The position numbers and the translations under genes are program-made. The notes under the pieces were generated by a model. That model was not told where the DNA came from. It ran no database searches and saw only the letters and a program-made list of their open reading frames with translations. 64,000 nucleotides of DNA, taken from Eledone cirrhosa. Its lineage: Eukaryota. Shown here piece by piece: positions 44,225-60,664 of this stretch. The stretch's first letter is position 1; each line of letters starts with the position of its first letter. The stretch is taken from the NCBI GenBank assembly GCA_964016885.1, contig OZ024748.1, positions 8,866,001 through 8,930,000 of the forward strand. Reading direction: 5' to 3'.

Positions 44225-46105
44225 AAGTGCATTGAATACGTTTTGAAAACATTCCATTAATATATAGTTACACACACAGCCAAAAAAGAAAAAAAAGAAA
44301 TTACAAAACACTATGATAAGAATAATTTGTGGCTTTTTGGTTCTTTTTTACTCAAATTACCTACAGCAGTATCTGACATTTATTCATAGTTAATTCCTGT
44401 TTTGCGATGGCAGAAAAAACCAATAAGAAAACAGAACGAAAACAGGGAAAAAGTAATAAAAGAGTTTATGTGTTCAGTTGGCTGTGTTTTCTATAAATGT
44501 TATCATCGTCATCTACTGATGTAACTGAGTTACCGCAGAAATTGCTAGATTCGGTTAATTACTTACCCTTGATTTCATATATATCTCGACAACCCTTTAC
44601 GCAACTTCTCACCTCTCACCTTCTCGTTTACTCACGTATATTGTAACGTACGTACATATATACATATATATGAACATATATATATATAGAAATGGCTTCT
44701 ACGGGACTATATATATATGTGTATATGTATATGTTCATATATGTATATTTGTATGTATATATATGTACGTATGTTACAATATATGTATGTGTGTACATAC
44801 AATAAACATATATATATATAAATGTAAGAATTCAGCGATATTTATTTCCTGTGGTAAAAGAAGTTGATTTGACAGAAAGAGCCATAACTCTTGATTGGGT
44901 CGTAAGGACACCTTCTTGACCCACAAATATCTTGGGTATTTTATACCTGGTGTGGCCCTTCCAGGCCTACCTACAAACGATTTCTTATAGAGGCGCGAAA
45001 AAGTGATAGAGAAAGACATACGAGGGACTCGACCAGTTTGGGTACTTTATATATCGACCCTGAAAGTTGTTCTTAAAGAAGGGTTCTATAGCTAGACTGG
45101 GTAGTGAGTTATGTCCTTGAGCAAAGCACTTCTTCACGTTACTCTAGTACACTCCGCTGAGAAATGAGTACCAGTGGTAGCTGGTGGTTTAACCTTATGA
45201 TGGACCGTCGCAAACACTTTGTACCGGGTTGTGGGAGGCGAGAGAAAGGAATAAAGGCCTAAAATGAATTGGCATTAGAACATTGTTCAAGGTCTATGAC
45301 AAGTGAACAAGTAATGGAAAGATGTACCTGCCCGGACTGGAAATAAAAAAGACTGTATTTCACTGACTGCCCCACTTGTGACAAGAGGCGAGAGACATGT
45401 TTAAGTTTAAGTCAGGAATAACGACACTCGTTCTGATCTATGACCAGAGACATTCCAATCATGGACATTCCTTTGAGTTTTATGTAGGATTACATTCTCT
45501 AACGTATCCTGTTTATGTAATAGACAACACGTTCTAATGTGAAGTGTAGATTTAACTATAATTTCTAGCTTTTCATATAGACTCCTTCGTTGGCTTGTAG
45601 AATTAATGACATAGAGAGGGCGTGTACAATGCTCTATATACCTATCTACATATCTTTATGTTCTGATTTCAAATTAAAGTGGATTTGGTTTTCATATATT
45701 TGGAGGTCCATAAAATATGCAGCGAAAGTATAATGGGGTAATTTGTGCGATGATACACCTTCTTTAAAAAATTATAGAGACATTATTTATGAGGATAAGG
45801 CGAGGAATTATAAAAAGTAGGTGTGTGAGAGTGTGTGTACATGTATGTATGAGGATGTGTATATATGCGTGAGGTATGTGTGTGGCCATGAGTGTCTGTG
45901 TGTGTAAGCTAATCTTTGTAAATATTACTGACAACCATTGTGTTTCTGCAGCATAACATATGAACACGTTAAAGTACTCACAACTTCAGCAAATGAAACA
46001 GCCACTATTTTCTTAGATTAGTAACACGAAAGTCTGCCACAAGACAAAAAGACAGTATTTTTTTGTGTATCTTGTCGAAATGCACACACATACACGCACG
46101 CACAT

Positions 46106-46142
<37 letters not shown>

Positions 46143-46227
46143 ATACATATATATGTGTGTGTGTATGTCCTCCAAGTGTGAACCTATTGGTTCCTATATT
46201 TTGTTTTATTTCATTTACTAACCTCCC

Positions 46228-46282
<55 letters not shown>

Positions 46283-46290
46283 CATACATA

Positions 46291-46365
46291 CAGGGTGCCC
46301 CCTCCCAAAATGTATACACACTTCAATAGCAATCTAATAAATGCGTATACATTTTTGGTGACACC

Positions 46366-46368
<3 letters not shown>
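46291..46368. mobile_element. 78-bp Tc1/mariner-type MITE
   Basis: TA-CAGGGTG...AAAATGTATAC / GTATACATTTT...CACCCTG-TA terminal inverted repeats with TA flanks. Confidence 0.82.
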
Positions 46369-46427
<59 letters not shown>

Positions 46428-46844
46428 GAATGCATCTCACATATGAAGTGCAGAGAGGTGAGCTTCTATTAAATGAAATTATCCTTGCTATAACTAGTAT
46501 TACTACTTTAATATAAACAAAGTTCTAGACGTAATAAAACCAAAATATATTTTATGCCAATAAATATAGATTACCCTCATAAGAAACTATGACATTTAAT
46601 ATCAAACTATACTACACACATTGTTTTCTAACTATAACAATACAAATTTTAAAGAAAGTGGAATGTTTAAACTTAATAATACTAAAGAACAGTCTTTTTC
46701 TTCATCACATCTAGGAAGTTTACTCATTGCGTAACTTTTTTAGAATCCACTTATTTTAACCCCTGCTAAAATGACATCTGCAACAGAGTCCAGTCTTTCT
46801 ATGGTCGCTCAATCTGCAAAAATTATCAGCCTTCCATACCTTAC

Positions 46845-47098
46845 AGTATAGGGTAAAGACCCCCATTCGGTCACAAATGACCATGGGGTTTACACCTAGA
46901 AAGTTTCCCCTCCGAGGTACAAGTCCAGGTAAGGTTTTTTGCGGAAGACCAGCAGTCACACATACATACTAGTCTCTCCTCTCCACACCATCGATGTTGT
47001 CTCGGGGAAAGGTAATGGCCGATACAGCTTGACACCAGTGTCGTCACAACTCATTTCTACAGCTGAGTGAACTGGAGCAATATAACATAAAGTGTCTT
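46845..47098 (-). mobile_element. SINE (second family) body and tail
   Basis: Minus strand AAGACACTTTAT..TTGCTCCAGTTCACTCAGCTGTAGAAATGAGTTG shared with 63120-63175 and 45110-45170. Confidence 0.7.
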
Positions 47099-50000
47099 AT
47101 AATAGTATATTGGTTAGCACATATCCACTGATAAACCGGGAGTGTCGAGTTTGAAAAGCATTTCAGTAGAACTGAGATGAAATTAAACAAAAACAACAAC
47201 ATGTACTGTTCTCATATAGGAATCTCTTGTACTGTCTATCTTCAATTCTTGGTTTATATATTGTTAGTAATTAGTTTATCGTTGTATTATTCTGTCACTA
47301 ATTTAATTTCCTCTGCACTTTCAATTGCTTGATACCCACATATTTTGATCTGTCACTTCTCCAATGAAGTTTCTCTTTGAAAACACTACACCATACAATT
47401 CCCGATTCTGATGAATGCTACTTTGTCTAAATTCTTTACACTCTATCATAGATTCATTCACATTATCCACTCCACCTTAATTTCAGTTATAGCTATTCAT
47501 GTCTTCACACGACTTACCCAGCTATATTGATGGGTTTAACGAGTCCATTGCAGTGCAGGTACTCATGTCCAGTCATTAGATCTGAGAATCATTTAGCCAT
47601 ATCTGTTCCGGGGACTATGAAAGATGTAGGCCATAAAACCGACCAAGCCATTAAATAGACTTAGGTGTGGTACTATGGTTTATCCATAACATATACGTGA
47701 AGATTACATCAATAACGCTTCAATGAGGCTATATAATTGACCTTCTACATGATATCTCGAACACATTTACAAATCAATAACAGTTGTACTGATAGAACTC
47801 CTCTGTAGTTATGTTTAGGAAGGGTTATAAGGTTTAGCTTATGACGAAGTATGAATAGATGGTGTGCTTCATAATACCAATACCCCCCCCCCCCATATAT
47901 ATATATACGTTTGTGTGTGTGTGTTCGAGTGAGTGTTAACATTCTTATTTCTAATAGACAGAACTTCAAATTGAGGTAGAGTTCTTAATCTATATATATT
48001 CATTTATTAAATTAGTGCCTCTTACAGGACTACAGCAGTTTCCTTCCTTAAGAATTCGTTTCAGATTATTCCTATATATATATATATATACAGTGAAAAA
48101 TGGAACGGGAACAAAACAAAAACATCACCCCCTCATTATATATATATATATATATATAATGAGGATGTGATGTTGCTCCACTGAATAACCTACAAAGTTA
48201 AATGATACCAGCGTTTCTGTTGTGAACTAATACTTGATTAATGAATTCACAGATTAAACGAGTAACAAAGAAATATATCATTTGTTACTCTCTCTCCTTC
48301 TCTCCATATATATATATACATATACACATACATACGTAATTAGATACATACATATATACAGACATACATACATACATCCATAGATAATTAGATACATACA
48401 TACATTACATCATTCTATTTGGAATTCCTACATAAGATTTTTCATGTTTTAGAAATAGTCAATCATTCTGTGAGGAATTTGAACGTACAATTCCTATGTT
48501 GTTGCAATGGTCTATCTTTCTGTGCGGAATTTCATCATTACATTGCTATGTTTGAGCTGATATACACAAATTTATTGTAATTAAAATAGAAATAGAAGAA
48601 AAATAGTTTTAAGCAAAAATTTTTCAAAATACCATTTTTATGTCAAAATAAAACAATAAAATATATATAAAATGGAAAAGATAAGCTGGAAATTTGAAAA
48701 TGCTGCCAGTAAAGGCTATAGAAACTAAAAGACAGACATGCAAACAGAATGAGCTTGATGGATGTAAGCGAAATAACAAAGAAGTGATAGGAAGACAAAT
48801 TTTTAATGAAATTCGAAAAGATAAAATACATAGAACAAATAGAAAAGGAAAATTAGGGTTATGGTGATGGGGAGATTGAATTCTGGGAAGGATCTAGGGG
48901 GAAAGAGACAGTGAATATATTTTAAATGGAAGAAGAAATTAAAATAAGAGAAAGAGAAGTGTAGAGTCAGTGAGCGCTTAAAAATGAAAAAATCGATGGG
49001 ACACAGCCTAAATGATGTGCTTGATAATTCCACTGGGTTGCAGATGACGCCATGTTTGTGCAGATGAAAACCTACAAAAAAAGAAAAAAATATCCTTAAA
49101 ATATAATTTCAAAAAATTAAATAAAATTGAAAACAAAATTTTAAAACATTCCAATAAATTTGATGATAAAAATGCTAAGCAAAACGAAAAATAAGTAAAA
49201 ATAGCGTCCATCTTTTTTGTGTATATTTTATTAATTTTTTTTTTTTGAATTAAAGTTTTTAGATATATTTTTTTTAAATCTTTTTTTTTATCATTATAAT
49301 TTTTCGGGGTTTGACAAGGTGAGCTGGGTCTGAGAGGAAGATGGATGGGGTGCAAAATGATAAATAAAAATGAAAACATTAAAAAATGTAACTTGTCTAG
49401 AAAATAGGAATGAAAGAAGCAGGCATTAAAAAAATGTGAAAAAATACTTTTCTGAGGCAAGTTTTCAATAAAAAAAAAACATCGTATACATACATATATA
49501 TATATATACATAAGAATTCAATAAAAATATATATATGTATAAATAAGAATTTTTTTTAAAGTAGAAACATGCAATTCAAGAAAAAAATAGAAATTTAATT
49601 AGTGCGCTTAGAATCGAATTCTTTCGATTTTTTTTTTATTTCACATTGTATATTTTATAGAAATTTTTCAAAATTTATTTCAGTGTTTATATTTCTTTTT
49701 AAAGGGAAAAAAACATGCTGAACAGGGACGGCTGGTTGGAAAAAATATGAGAAGTAGTGTGTAGGTGAGAGGAAGAGATGGAGAGAAAGGGAGTGAAGGA
49801 GAGAGGGGTAAAAAGAGACTGCGAGAGATGATGAGGGAGCAAGGGTGAAAAAGAGAAATGAGAGGATGTGTAGAAAATGGTTGTGGGCAGGGGTGTAAGA
49901 GAAGTATATAGATTCAACTATTTCAGAGAAAGAGTATAGGGGTACATACATAAATACATACATAATTACATACGTACACGCGCACACACACGTGTATATA

Positions 50001-50111
50001 TATATATATATATATATATACACGGTTACATATTAGGCATACATGTAATACGTGTATGCATGTGTGTACTTGTGGATATGTGTGAATACACATTCACACA
50101 CATATGTAAAT

Positions 50112-50144
<33 letters not shown>

Positions 50145-50384
50145 CATATGTGTGTTTGTGTGAGAGTATAAATATATATACTTGTGAGTGCGTGTATGTA
50201 TGTGTGAATGTATACGCACATATGTATGTATGTATGTATATATAATTTATACAGACGTACGCACCGTTTACATTACACAAACATAAGCCCATACAGTATA
50301 TGTAAATAGATGCAGTATATACACATGTATACATATATTCACACATATAAATTTATACAAAGTAAAATCATATATTGTCCTATG

Positions 50385-51312
<928 letters not shown>

Positions 51313-51396
51313 TAAGAATCGTGGTAAAACAAAGACGTAAAATAAAGGGTGATATAAAAAGAATGGTGTTAAGGCGAAATAAGTAGAAGGCAAGGG

Positions 51397-51722
51397 TTGG
51401 TGGGGGTGGGGGTAGTGGGGGGTGATGGTGGGGGTGGGAGTAGTGGGGATGATGGTGATGGTGGGGATGAGAAGGATGGCTATCATGTTGATTATGGTAA
51501 TGATGATGATGGTAATAATGATGATGATGATTATGATGATGGTGATGATGGTGATGATGATGGTAATGACGATGGTGATGGTGATGATGGGGGTGATGCT
51601 GATAATGGTGATGGTGATGGTGATGGTGATACTGATGACGATGGTGGTGGTAATGACTATGGTGATGCTGATGATGATAATGGTGGTGATGGTGATGGTG
51701 ATGGTGATGAGTATGATGAGGA
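51397..51722. repeat. (GAT/GGT)n trinucleotide repeat
   Basis: Directly visible. Confidence 0.92.
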
Positions 51723-51883
51723 GAATAGGTAGAATGTAAGGAGAGGATGAAGGATTTGGTTGAAGCTGGGTAGGCTGTATGTAATGTGGAGGGAGGAGGG
51801 TGGATGGGGGAGTAGAAGGCAGAGGGACGCAGAAAACCTTAATCAAGCGCCTCAATGGTTGCTAATAACAAAGTCAGACAGAC

Positions 51884-52497
51884 AGACAGACAGGCAGTGA
51901 GGCTGGCAGCCATCTTGTGCTCTTCCCTTTCCTCCTGTATCTCTCTGTCTCTCTCCCTCCCTATCTCTCTATCTCCCTATCTCTCTCTCTCTCTCTCTCT
52001 CCCCCTCTCCCTATCTCTCTCTCCCTCTCCCTATCTCACTCGATCTCTCTGTCAACAGACAGACAGGCAGTGAGGCTGGCAGCCATCTTGTGCTCTTCTC
52101 TTTCCTCCTGTATCTCTCTGTCTCTCTCCCTCCCTATCTCTCTGTCTCTCCATCTCTCTCTCTCCCTCTCCCTATCTCTCTCTCTCTCCCTCTCCCTATC
52201 TCACTCTCTCTCTCTGTCAACAGACAGACAGGCAGTGAGGCTGGCAGCCATCTTGTGCTCTTCTCTTTCCTCCTGTAACTCTCTGTCTCTCTCCCTCCCT
52301 ATCTCTCTGTCTCTCCATCTCTCTCTCTCTCTCCCTCTCCCTATCTCTCTCTCTCTCTCTCCCTCTCCCTATCTCACTCTCTCTCTCTGTCAACAGACAG
52401 ACAGGCAGTGAGGCTGGCAGCCATCTTGTGCTCTTCTCTTTCCTCCTGTATCTCTCTGTCTCTCTCCCTCCCTATCTCTCTGTCTCTCCATCTCTCT

Positions 52498-52550
<53 letters not shown>
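51884..52550. repeat. ~165-175-bp tandem repeat x4 (unique core + CT microsatellite)
   Basis: Core CAGACAGACAGGCAGTGAGGCTGGCAGCCATCTTGTGCTCTTC at ~51884, 52056, 52221, 52394. Confidence 0.92.
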
Positions 52551-52552
<2 letters not shown>

Positions 52553-52659
52553 ATTATATATGTGTTGTGTGCCCCCACCGTCTGGCTGCTAACTCCTACT
52601 AGTCACACACACAGCCGCACCATCATTGATTCCAGGCAAAACCACCACCACTATTTATA

Positions 52660-55040
52660 TCTACTCCACCACCACCACCACTACTACCACTACTACCACC
52701 ACTACTACCACTACTACCACTACTACCACCACTACTACCACCACTACTACCACTACTACCACCACTACTACCACTACTACCACCACTACTACCACTACTA
52801 CCACCCAACCCTGACACAACTGATAATACTTATACTATATCTTACCACTGTAGACAAACTACAACTAAGATCTTGGTTTTCCTATCAGTGTTCCCCTCAC
52901 CACCACCACCACCATTGTCACAGCACTCACCACCATCACCACCACCACCATTGTCACAGCACTCACCACCATCACCACCACCACCACCACTACCACCACC
53001 ATTGTCACGGCACTCACCACCATCACCACCACCACCACCACCCTTGTCACAGCACTCACCACCATCACCACCAGCACTCACCACCATCACCACCACCACC
53101 ACCACCATTGTCACAGCACTCACCACCACCATTACCACCGCCATCACCACCACCATTGTCACAGTACTCACCACCATCACCACCACCATTAACACCACCA
53201 CCACCATTGTCACAGTACTCACCACCATCACCACCACCACCACCATTGTCACAGCACTCACCACCATCACCACCACCATCACCAACACCACCACCATTGT
53301 CACAGTACTCACCACCACCACCACCACCATCACCACCACCACCACCACCACTGTCACCACCACCACCACCATCACCAACACCACCACCATTGTCACAGCA
53401 CTCACCACCATCACCACCATCATCACCACCACCACCACCACCACACCACCACCACCACCACCACCACCACACCACCACACCACCACCACCACACCACCAC
53501 CACACCACCACCACCATCATCCCTGATACCACTCGTAATATATATTGCATTAATTACCACTACAACCATCTATCCAGTTTCTCATCCGTACTACTACCAC
53601 CACTACTACCATTACCACTGCCACTCCACTATTACAACTACTACAACAACCACTACCATTATCACTGCCACTACCTACCACTACCACCACTACTACCCAC
53701 CACTTCCTACCACCACTACCACTTCCTACCACTACAACAACTACTACCACTACCACTATAACAACTACTACCTACCATTACCACCACTACTACCCACCAC
53801 TTCCTACCACCTCTATCACTTCCACTACTACACCACTACCACACCACCACTTCCACCACTACAACTTCCTACCACTACCACCACTCCCTACCACTTCCTA
53901 TCACCACTACCACCACTCCCTACCACATCCTACCATTGCCACTACTACACCACTACCACACCAAACCACAACCAACACTCCCTACCACTATCAACACCAC
54001 TACCACCACCAACTGAAACCATAGTAATACCACCACCACCACCACTACCACCACTCCCTACCTCAACCACTACCACACTACTACCACCACCACCACCACC
54101 ACTACCACACCACCACTACTACACCACTTCCACCACACCACTCCCACCACCAACACCACTACCACACCATTCCACCACCACCACCATTACCACCACTACC
54201 ACACCACCACCACCACTACCACTACCACCACTCCCTACCTCAACCATTGCCACACTACTACCACCACCACCACCACCACTACCACCCACCACCACCACTT
54301 CCAGCACGACACCATTTCCACCACCACCACCACACCACCACCACTACTACCTCCACCACTACCACCACTACCACACCGCCACCACCACTACCACACCGCC
54401 ACCACCACTACCACACCACCACCACCACCCCTACCACACCACCACCACCCCTACCACACCACCACCACCACTACCACACCGCCACCACCACTACCACACC
54501 ACTACTACCACCACCACCACCACTGCTGTTCCAATACATCAGCAATTGGCAACAGCAGACACCCCACCCCCACCCATTGTTATGGCAACCACTATCGATA
54601 CCATTGGCTTTAATTATACCATTACTTACCACTGCAGAAACCTACCACTACTACCACCACCACTACTACCACTACAACTACCACTACTACTACTAATACT
54701 GTCACTACTACTACTGCCACCACTACTACTACTACCACCACTAATACTACTACCACTTCTACTACCACCACTAATACTACTACCACTACTACTACCACTA
54801 CTACTACTGCCACTACCACAACTACCACCACCACTACTACCACCACTACAACCACCACTACTACCACCACTACCACCACCACTACTACCACCACAACTAC
54901 TACTACTACCACTACTACTACTGCTACTGCCACTACCACTACTGCCACTACCACCACTACTACTATTAACACCACTATTACCACCACTACTACCAACACC
55001 ACTACCGCCACCACAACTACTACTACTACTACAAACTACA
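52660..55040. repeat. (ACC/ACT)n low-complexity arrays including a TTGTCACAGYACTC-punctuated block (52900-53405)
   Basis: Directly visible. Confidence 0.92.
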
Positions 55041-55069
55041 TTATCACAAAATTATTAGAAGCTTATTTA

Positions 55070-56400
55070 CCACCACCACCATCATCAGTCTATATTATCA
55101 CCACCACCATCATCATCATCATCAGTCTATATTATCACCACCACCACCATCATCAGTCTATATTATCACCACCACCACCATCATCAGTCTATATTATCAC
55201 CACCACCACCATCATCATCAGTCTATATTATCACCACCAACACCACCATCATCATCATCAGTCTATATTATCACCACCAACACCATCACCACCATCATCA
55301 GTCTATATTATCACCACCACCACCACCACCACCATCATCAGTCTATATTATCACCACCAACACCACCATCATCAGTCTATATTATCACCACCAACACCAC
55401 CACCACCATCATCAGTCTATATTATCACCACCACCACCATCATCATCATCAGTCTATATTATCACCACCAACACCACCATCATCATCAGTCTATATTATC
55501 ACCACCAACACCACCACCACCATCATCAGTCTATATTATCACCACCACCACCATCATCATCATCAGTCTATATTATCACCACCACCACCATCATCATCAG
55601 TCTATATTATCACCACCACCACCACCATCATCATCAGTCTATATTATCACCACCAACACCACCACCACCATCATCAGTCTATATTATCACCACCACTAAC
55701 ACCACCACCATCATCAGTCTATATTATCACCACCACCACCATCATCATCAGTCTATATTATCACCACCAACACCACCATCATCATCATCAGTCTATATTA
55801 TCACCACCAACACCACCACCACCATCATCAGTCTATATTATCACCACCAACACCACCACCATCATCATCAGTCTATATTATCACCACCAACACCACCACC
55901 ATCATCATCAGTCTATATTATCACCACCAACACCACCATCATCATCAGTCTATATTATCACCACCAACACCACCACCACCATCATCAGTCTATAGTATCA
56001 CCACCACCACCATCATCATCATCAGTCTATATTATCACCACCAACACCACCACCACCATCATCAGTCTATATTATCACCACCAACACCACCATCATCATC
56101 AGTCTATATTATCACCACCAACACCACCATCATCATCAGTCTATATTATCACCACCAACACCACCACCACCATCATCAGTCTATATTATCACCACCACCA
56201 CCATCATCATCATCAGTCTATATTATCACCACCACCACCACCACCACCACCATCATCATCAGTCGCTATTATCACCGCCACCACCACCACCATCATCATC
56301 AGTATATATTATCACCACCACCACCACCACCATCATCAGTCTATATTATCACCACCAACACCACCACCATCATCATCAGTCGCTATTATCACCGCCACCA
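55070..56400. repeat. ~30-39-bp variable minisatellite, ~35-40 copies
   Basis: Core CATCAGTCTATATTATCACC with variable (ACC)n(ATC)n. Confidence 0.94.
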
Positions 56401-56569
56401 CCCCCACATCACTATTATTTTCATTAATTATTTTGTCTCTCTCCACATATCATTGTCACCCCTCCTCTCCCACCGTGGCCATCATCACAAACATTTCACT
56501 ATTTTATCCCTATAAACATTGCTTACACTCCCACACACACACTCACTCACATATATATGTCTGTGTGTA

Positions 56570-57702
<1,133 letters not shown>

Positions 57703-58143
57703 AACTTTGAATAACTTTGAAATATTTTGGCCAGTATTGGCCCAGGCCATGTCTAACTTAATAGCACCACCTGGCGAAGTCTTTCAATTCAGGATTTGGG
57801 CACCATGGCCCATTCGAGAAGAGAATTACTGGCTGCGGAAACATATCCGGGTGTAGGTGGTTTGTCCGGGATTACTTGGAGGAATTTGTCCAAAGACTTC
57901 TTGAATCTTGTGTGGTCAGTTTCTGTTTTGACGTGTCCTGGTGTGATGTTGAAGAGAGAGGGGCCAATTGAGGTGAAATAATTGTGCCGTATTGTTGTTA
58001 TGAGTTGCGATTTAGATTTTTGAATGGGACGGATAGCACGGGGCCCAAGCCTTGGGTGTATCTTGAAGGCGATGCCAACATCATTTGGGCAGTGATGATG
58101 GAACATTTTCCCACATCATGCAGATAATATAACGCTCATGGCG
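57703..58143 (-). mobile_element. CR1-like LINE 3' fragment
   Basis: Nearly identical to 41807-42240 ([22 protein letters not shown]...[16 protein letters not shown]). Confidence 0.9.
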
Positions 58144-58152
58144 TATATATAT

Positions 58153-58275
58153 AGGCCCTACTTCCATACCGATCTCAAGCTGTGGCACGCCACCCAGGCT
58201 TTGCTCTTCCTCTCCACCACATCATCTTCCGTATTCCCATACTTTGCTCCCAAATACAGGAAGCCCTCATCCAAT
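58153..58275 (-). mobile_element. RTE/RTE-X RT internal fragment
   Basis: [36 protein letters not shown], overlapping the sequence at 59045-59092. Confidence 0.8.
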
Positions 58276-58508
58276 ATGTATATATATATATGTATATATG
58301 TATATATATATATATATGTATATATATGTATATATATATGTATATATATATATATATGTACGTTATTCCGGGTTGAATCGGAGGTAACCACATATATATA
58401 TATGTATATATATATATATATGTGTATATATATGTATATATATATATATGTATATATATATATGTATATATATGTATATATATATATGTATATATATATA
58501 TGTATATA

Positions 58509-58553
<45 letters not shown>

Positions 58554-58593
58554 GTATATATATATGTATATATATGTATATATACATATCTAT

Positions 58594-59092
58594 CTAAGGC
58601 GGGTAAAATTCCCGAGATCCATGGACGAGTTCTCTCCAGCGGTCTCTGTCCCTCATTATTGCTGCCATGTCCTGCGTCTCCAACGGACCAGTGTCTGTCC
58701 TTAGGGCACCAGCATACGTTAACCTTGGTCTTCCACTTATACTGTGTCCATGTAGGGGCTCCCACAGGAGCACTGAGTGCAATGTCAACTCTGGATGTCG
58801 GTGAACATGTCCAGCTAACCTCAGTCTCCTCTGTGTCACTTTTGAGGTATCGGATGCTGAATTTGCCGATGACATAGTTTTGGCGACAAATACAGTGAAG
58901 GGAGCAGATGATTTGATGCGAGAGGTTGAGACTGTGTCGATGAGTGTGGGGCTGAGAATGAATGAGACTAAAACAAAATATCTGGTGGAGAATGTTGAGA
59001 AGCCGCAGGGGATCACTAATGTAGGCGGGAAGCCGCTAGAATTGATTGAGGGCTTCCTGTATTTGGGAGCAAAGATTGGGAATACGGAAGAT
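58594..59092 (-). mobile_element. RTE/RTE-X LINE 3' end with inverted 5' piece
   Basis: Minus 58594-~58855: [15 protein letters not shown]...LLWEP..GRPRLTY...DRDRWR-stop; plus ~58855-59092: EFADDIVL...[10 protein letters not shown]...FLYLGA. Confidence 0.88.
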
Positions 59093-59149
59093 ATGTATAT
59101 ATATATGTGTATATATATATGTATATATATGTATAAATATGTAAATATG

Positions 59150-59289
<140 letters not shown>

Positions 59290-59301
59290 TGTATATATAT
59301 G

Positions 59302-59336
<35 letters not shown>

Positions 59337-59347
59337 GTATATATATG

Positions 59348-59380
<33 letters not shown>

Positions 59381-59421
59381 GTATATATATGTATATATAT
59401 ATATATGTATATATATATATG

Positions 59422-59522
<101 letters not shown>

Positions 59523-59587
59523 AGATATATATATGTATATATATATGCATATATATATGCATATATATATATGTATATATATATATA

Positions 59588-59634
<47 letters not shown>

Positions 59635-59638
<4 letters not shown>

Positions 59639-59779
59639 TTATTAAAATAACAGATTAAAGTTTGAGCAAAGAATCGCTGCTTTCACCCTTAACGGGATCT
59701 TCTGAGTTTGAAAAGATCCCGTTAAGGGTGAAAGCAGCGATTCTTTGCTTAAACTTTAATCTGTTATTTTAATAAATAT
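59635..59779. repeat. Fold-back palindrome (67-bp arms, 11-bp spacer) containing a degenerate hammerhead
   Basis: 59635-59701 is the reverse complement of 59713-59779 (1 mismatch); AGUUU-[GAA]AAGA-U-CCC(GUUAA)GGG-U-GAAAGCA..UGCUU-AAACU. Confidence 0.9.
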
Positions 59780-59897
59780 TTGCTCTACGGTTCTTATATA
59801 TTTGATATATATTTATCCTTATCGAGCCATCTTTGGATTTTAGTGTTCAAATTTGTTATTTTTACTATATATATGCATATATATGTATATATATATG

Positions 59898-59934
<37 letters not shown>

Positions 59935-60021
59935 GTATATATATATATATGTATATATGTATATATATATATATATGTATATATATATGTATATATATGC
60001 ATATATATGTATATATATATG

Positions 60022-60052
<31 letters not shown>

Positions 60053-60079
60053 GCATATATATATATATGTATATATATG

Positions 60080-60110
<31 letters not shown>

Positions 60111-60216
60111 GTGTGTGTATATATATGTATATATATCTATATATATCTATACATATATATATATATGTATATATATATATATGTATAGATATATATAGAT
60201 ATATATACATATATAT

Positions 60217-60321
<105 letters not shown>

Positions 60322-60664
60322 CATATATATATACATATATATATACATATATATATACATATATATATATACATATATACATATATATATATATACATAT
60401 ATATATACATATATATATATATACATATATATATACATATATATATACATATATATATACATATATATATATATACATATATACATATATATATATATAC
60501 ATATATATATATACATATATATATACATATATATATATACATATATATATATATACACACACACATATATATATATACATATATATATATACATATACAT
60601 ATATATATATATAATATATATATAGATAGATATATATATGTATATATATATATATATATGTATA

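Noticed and set aside
52562-55058. Extensin-like SPPPP / poly-His ORFs
   Set aside because: (ACC)n low-complexity DNA open in most frames
55070-56400. Minus-strand CUGAUGA in every repeat unit (hammerhead or C/D-box-like)
   Set aside because: No stem II and GAUA instead of GAAA; explained by (ATC)n sequence
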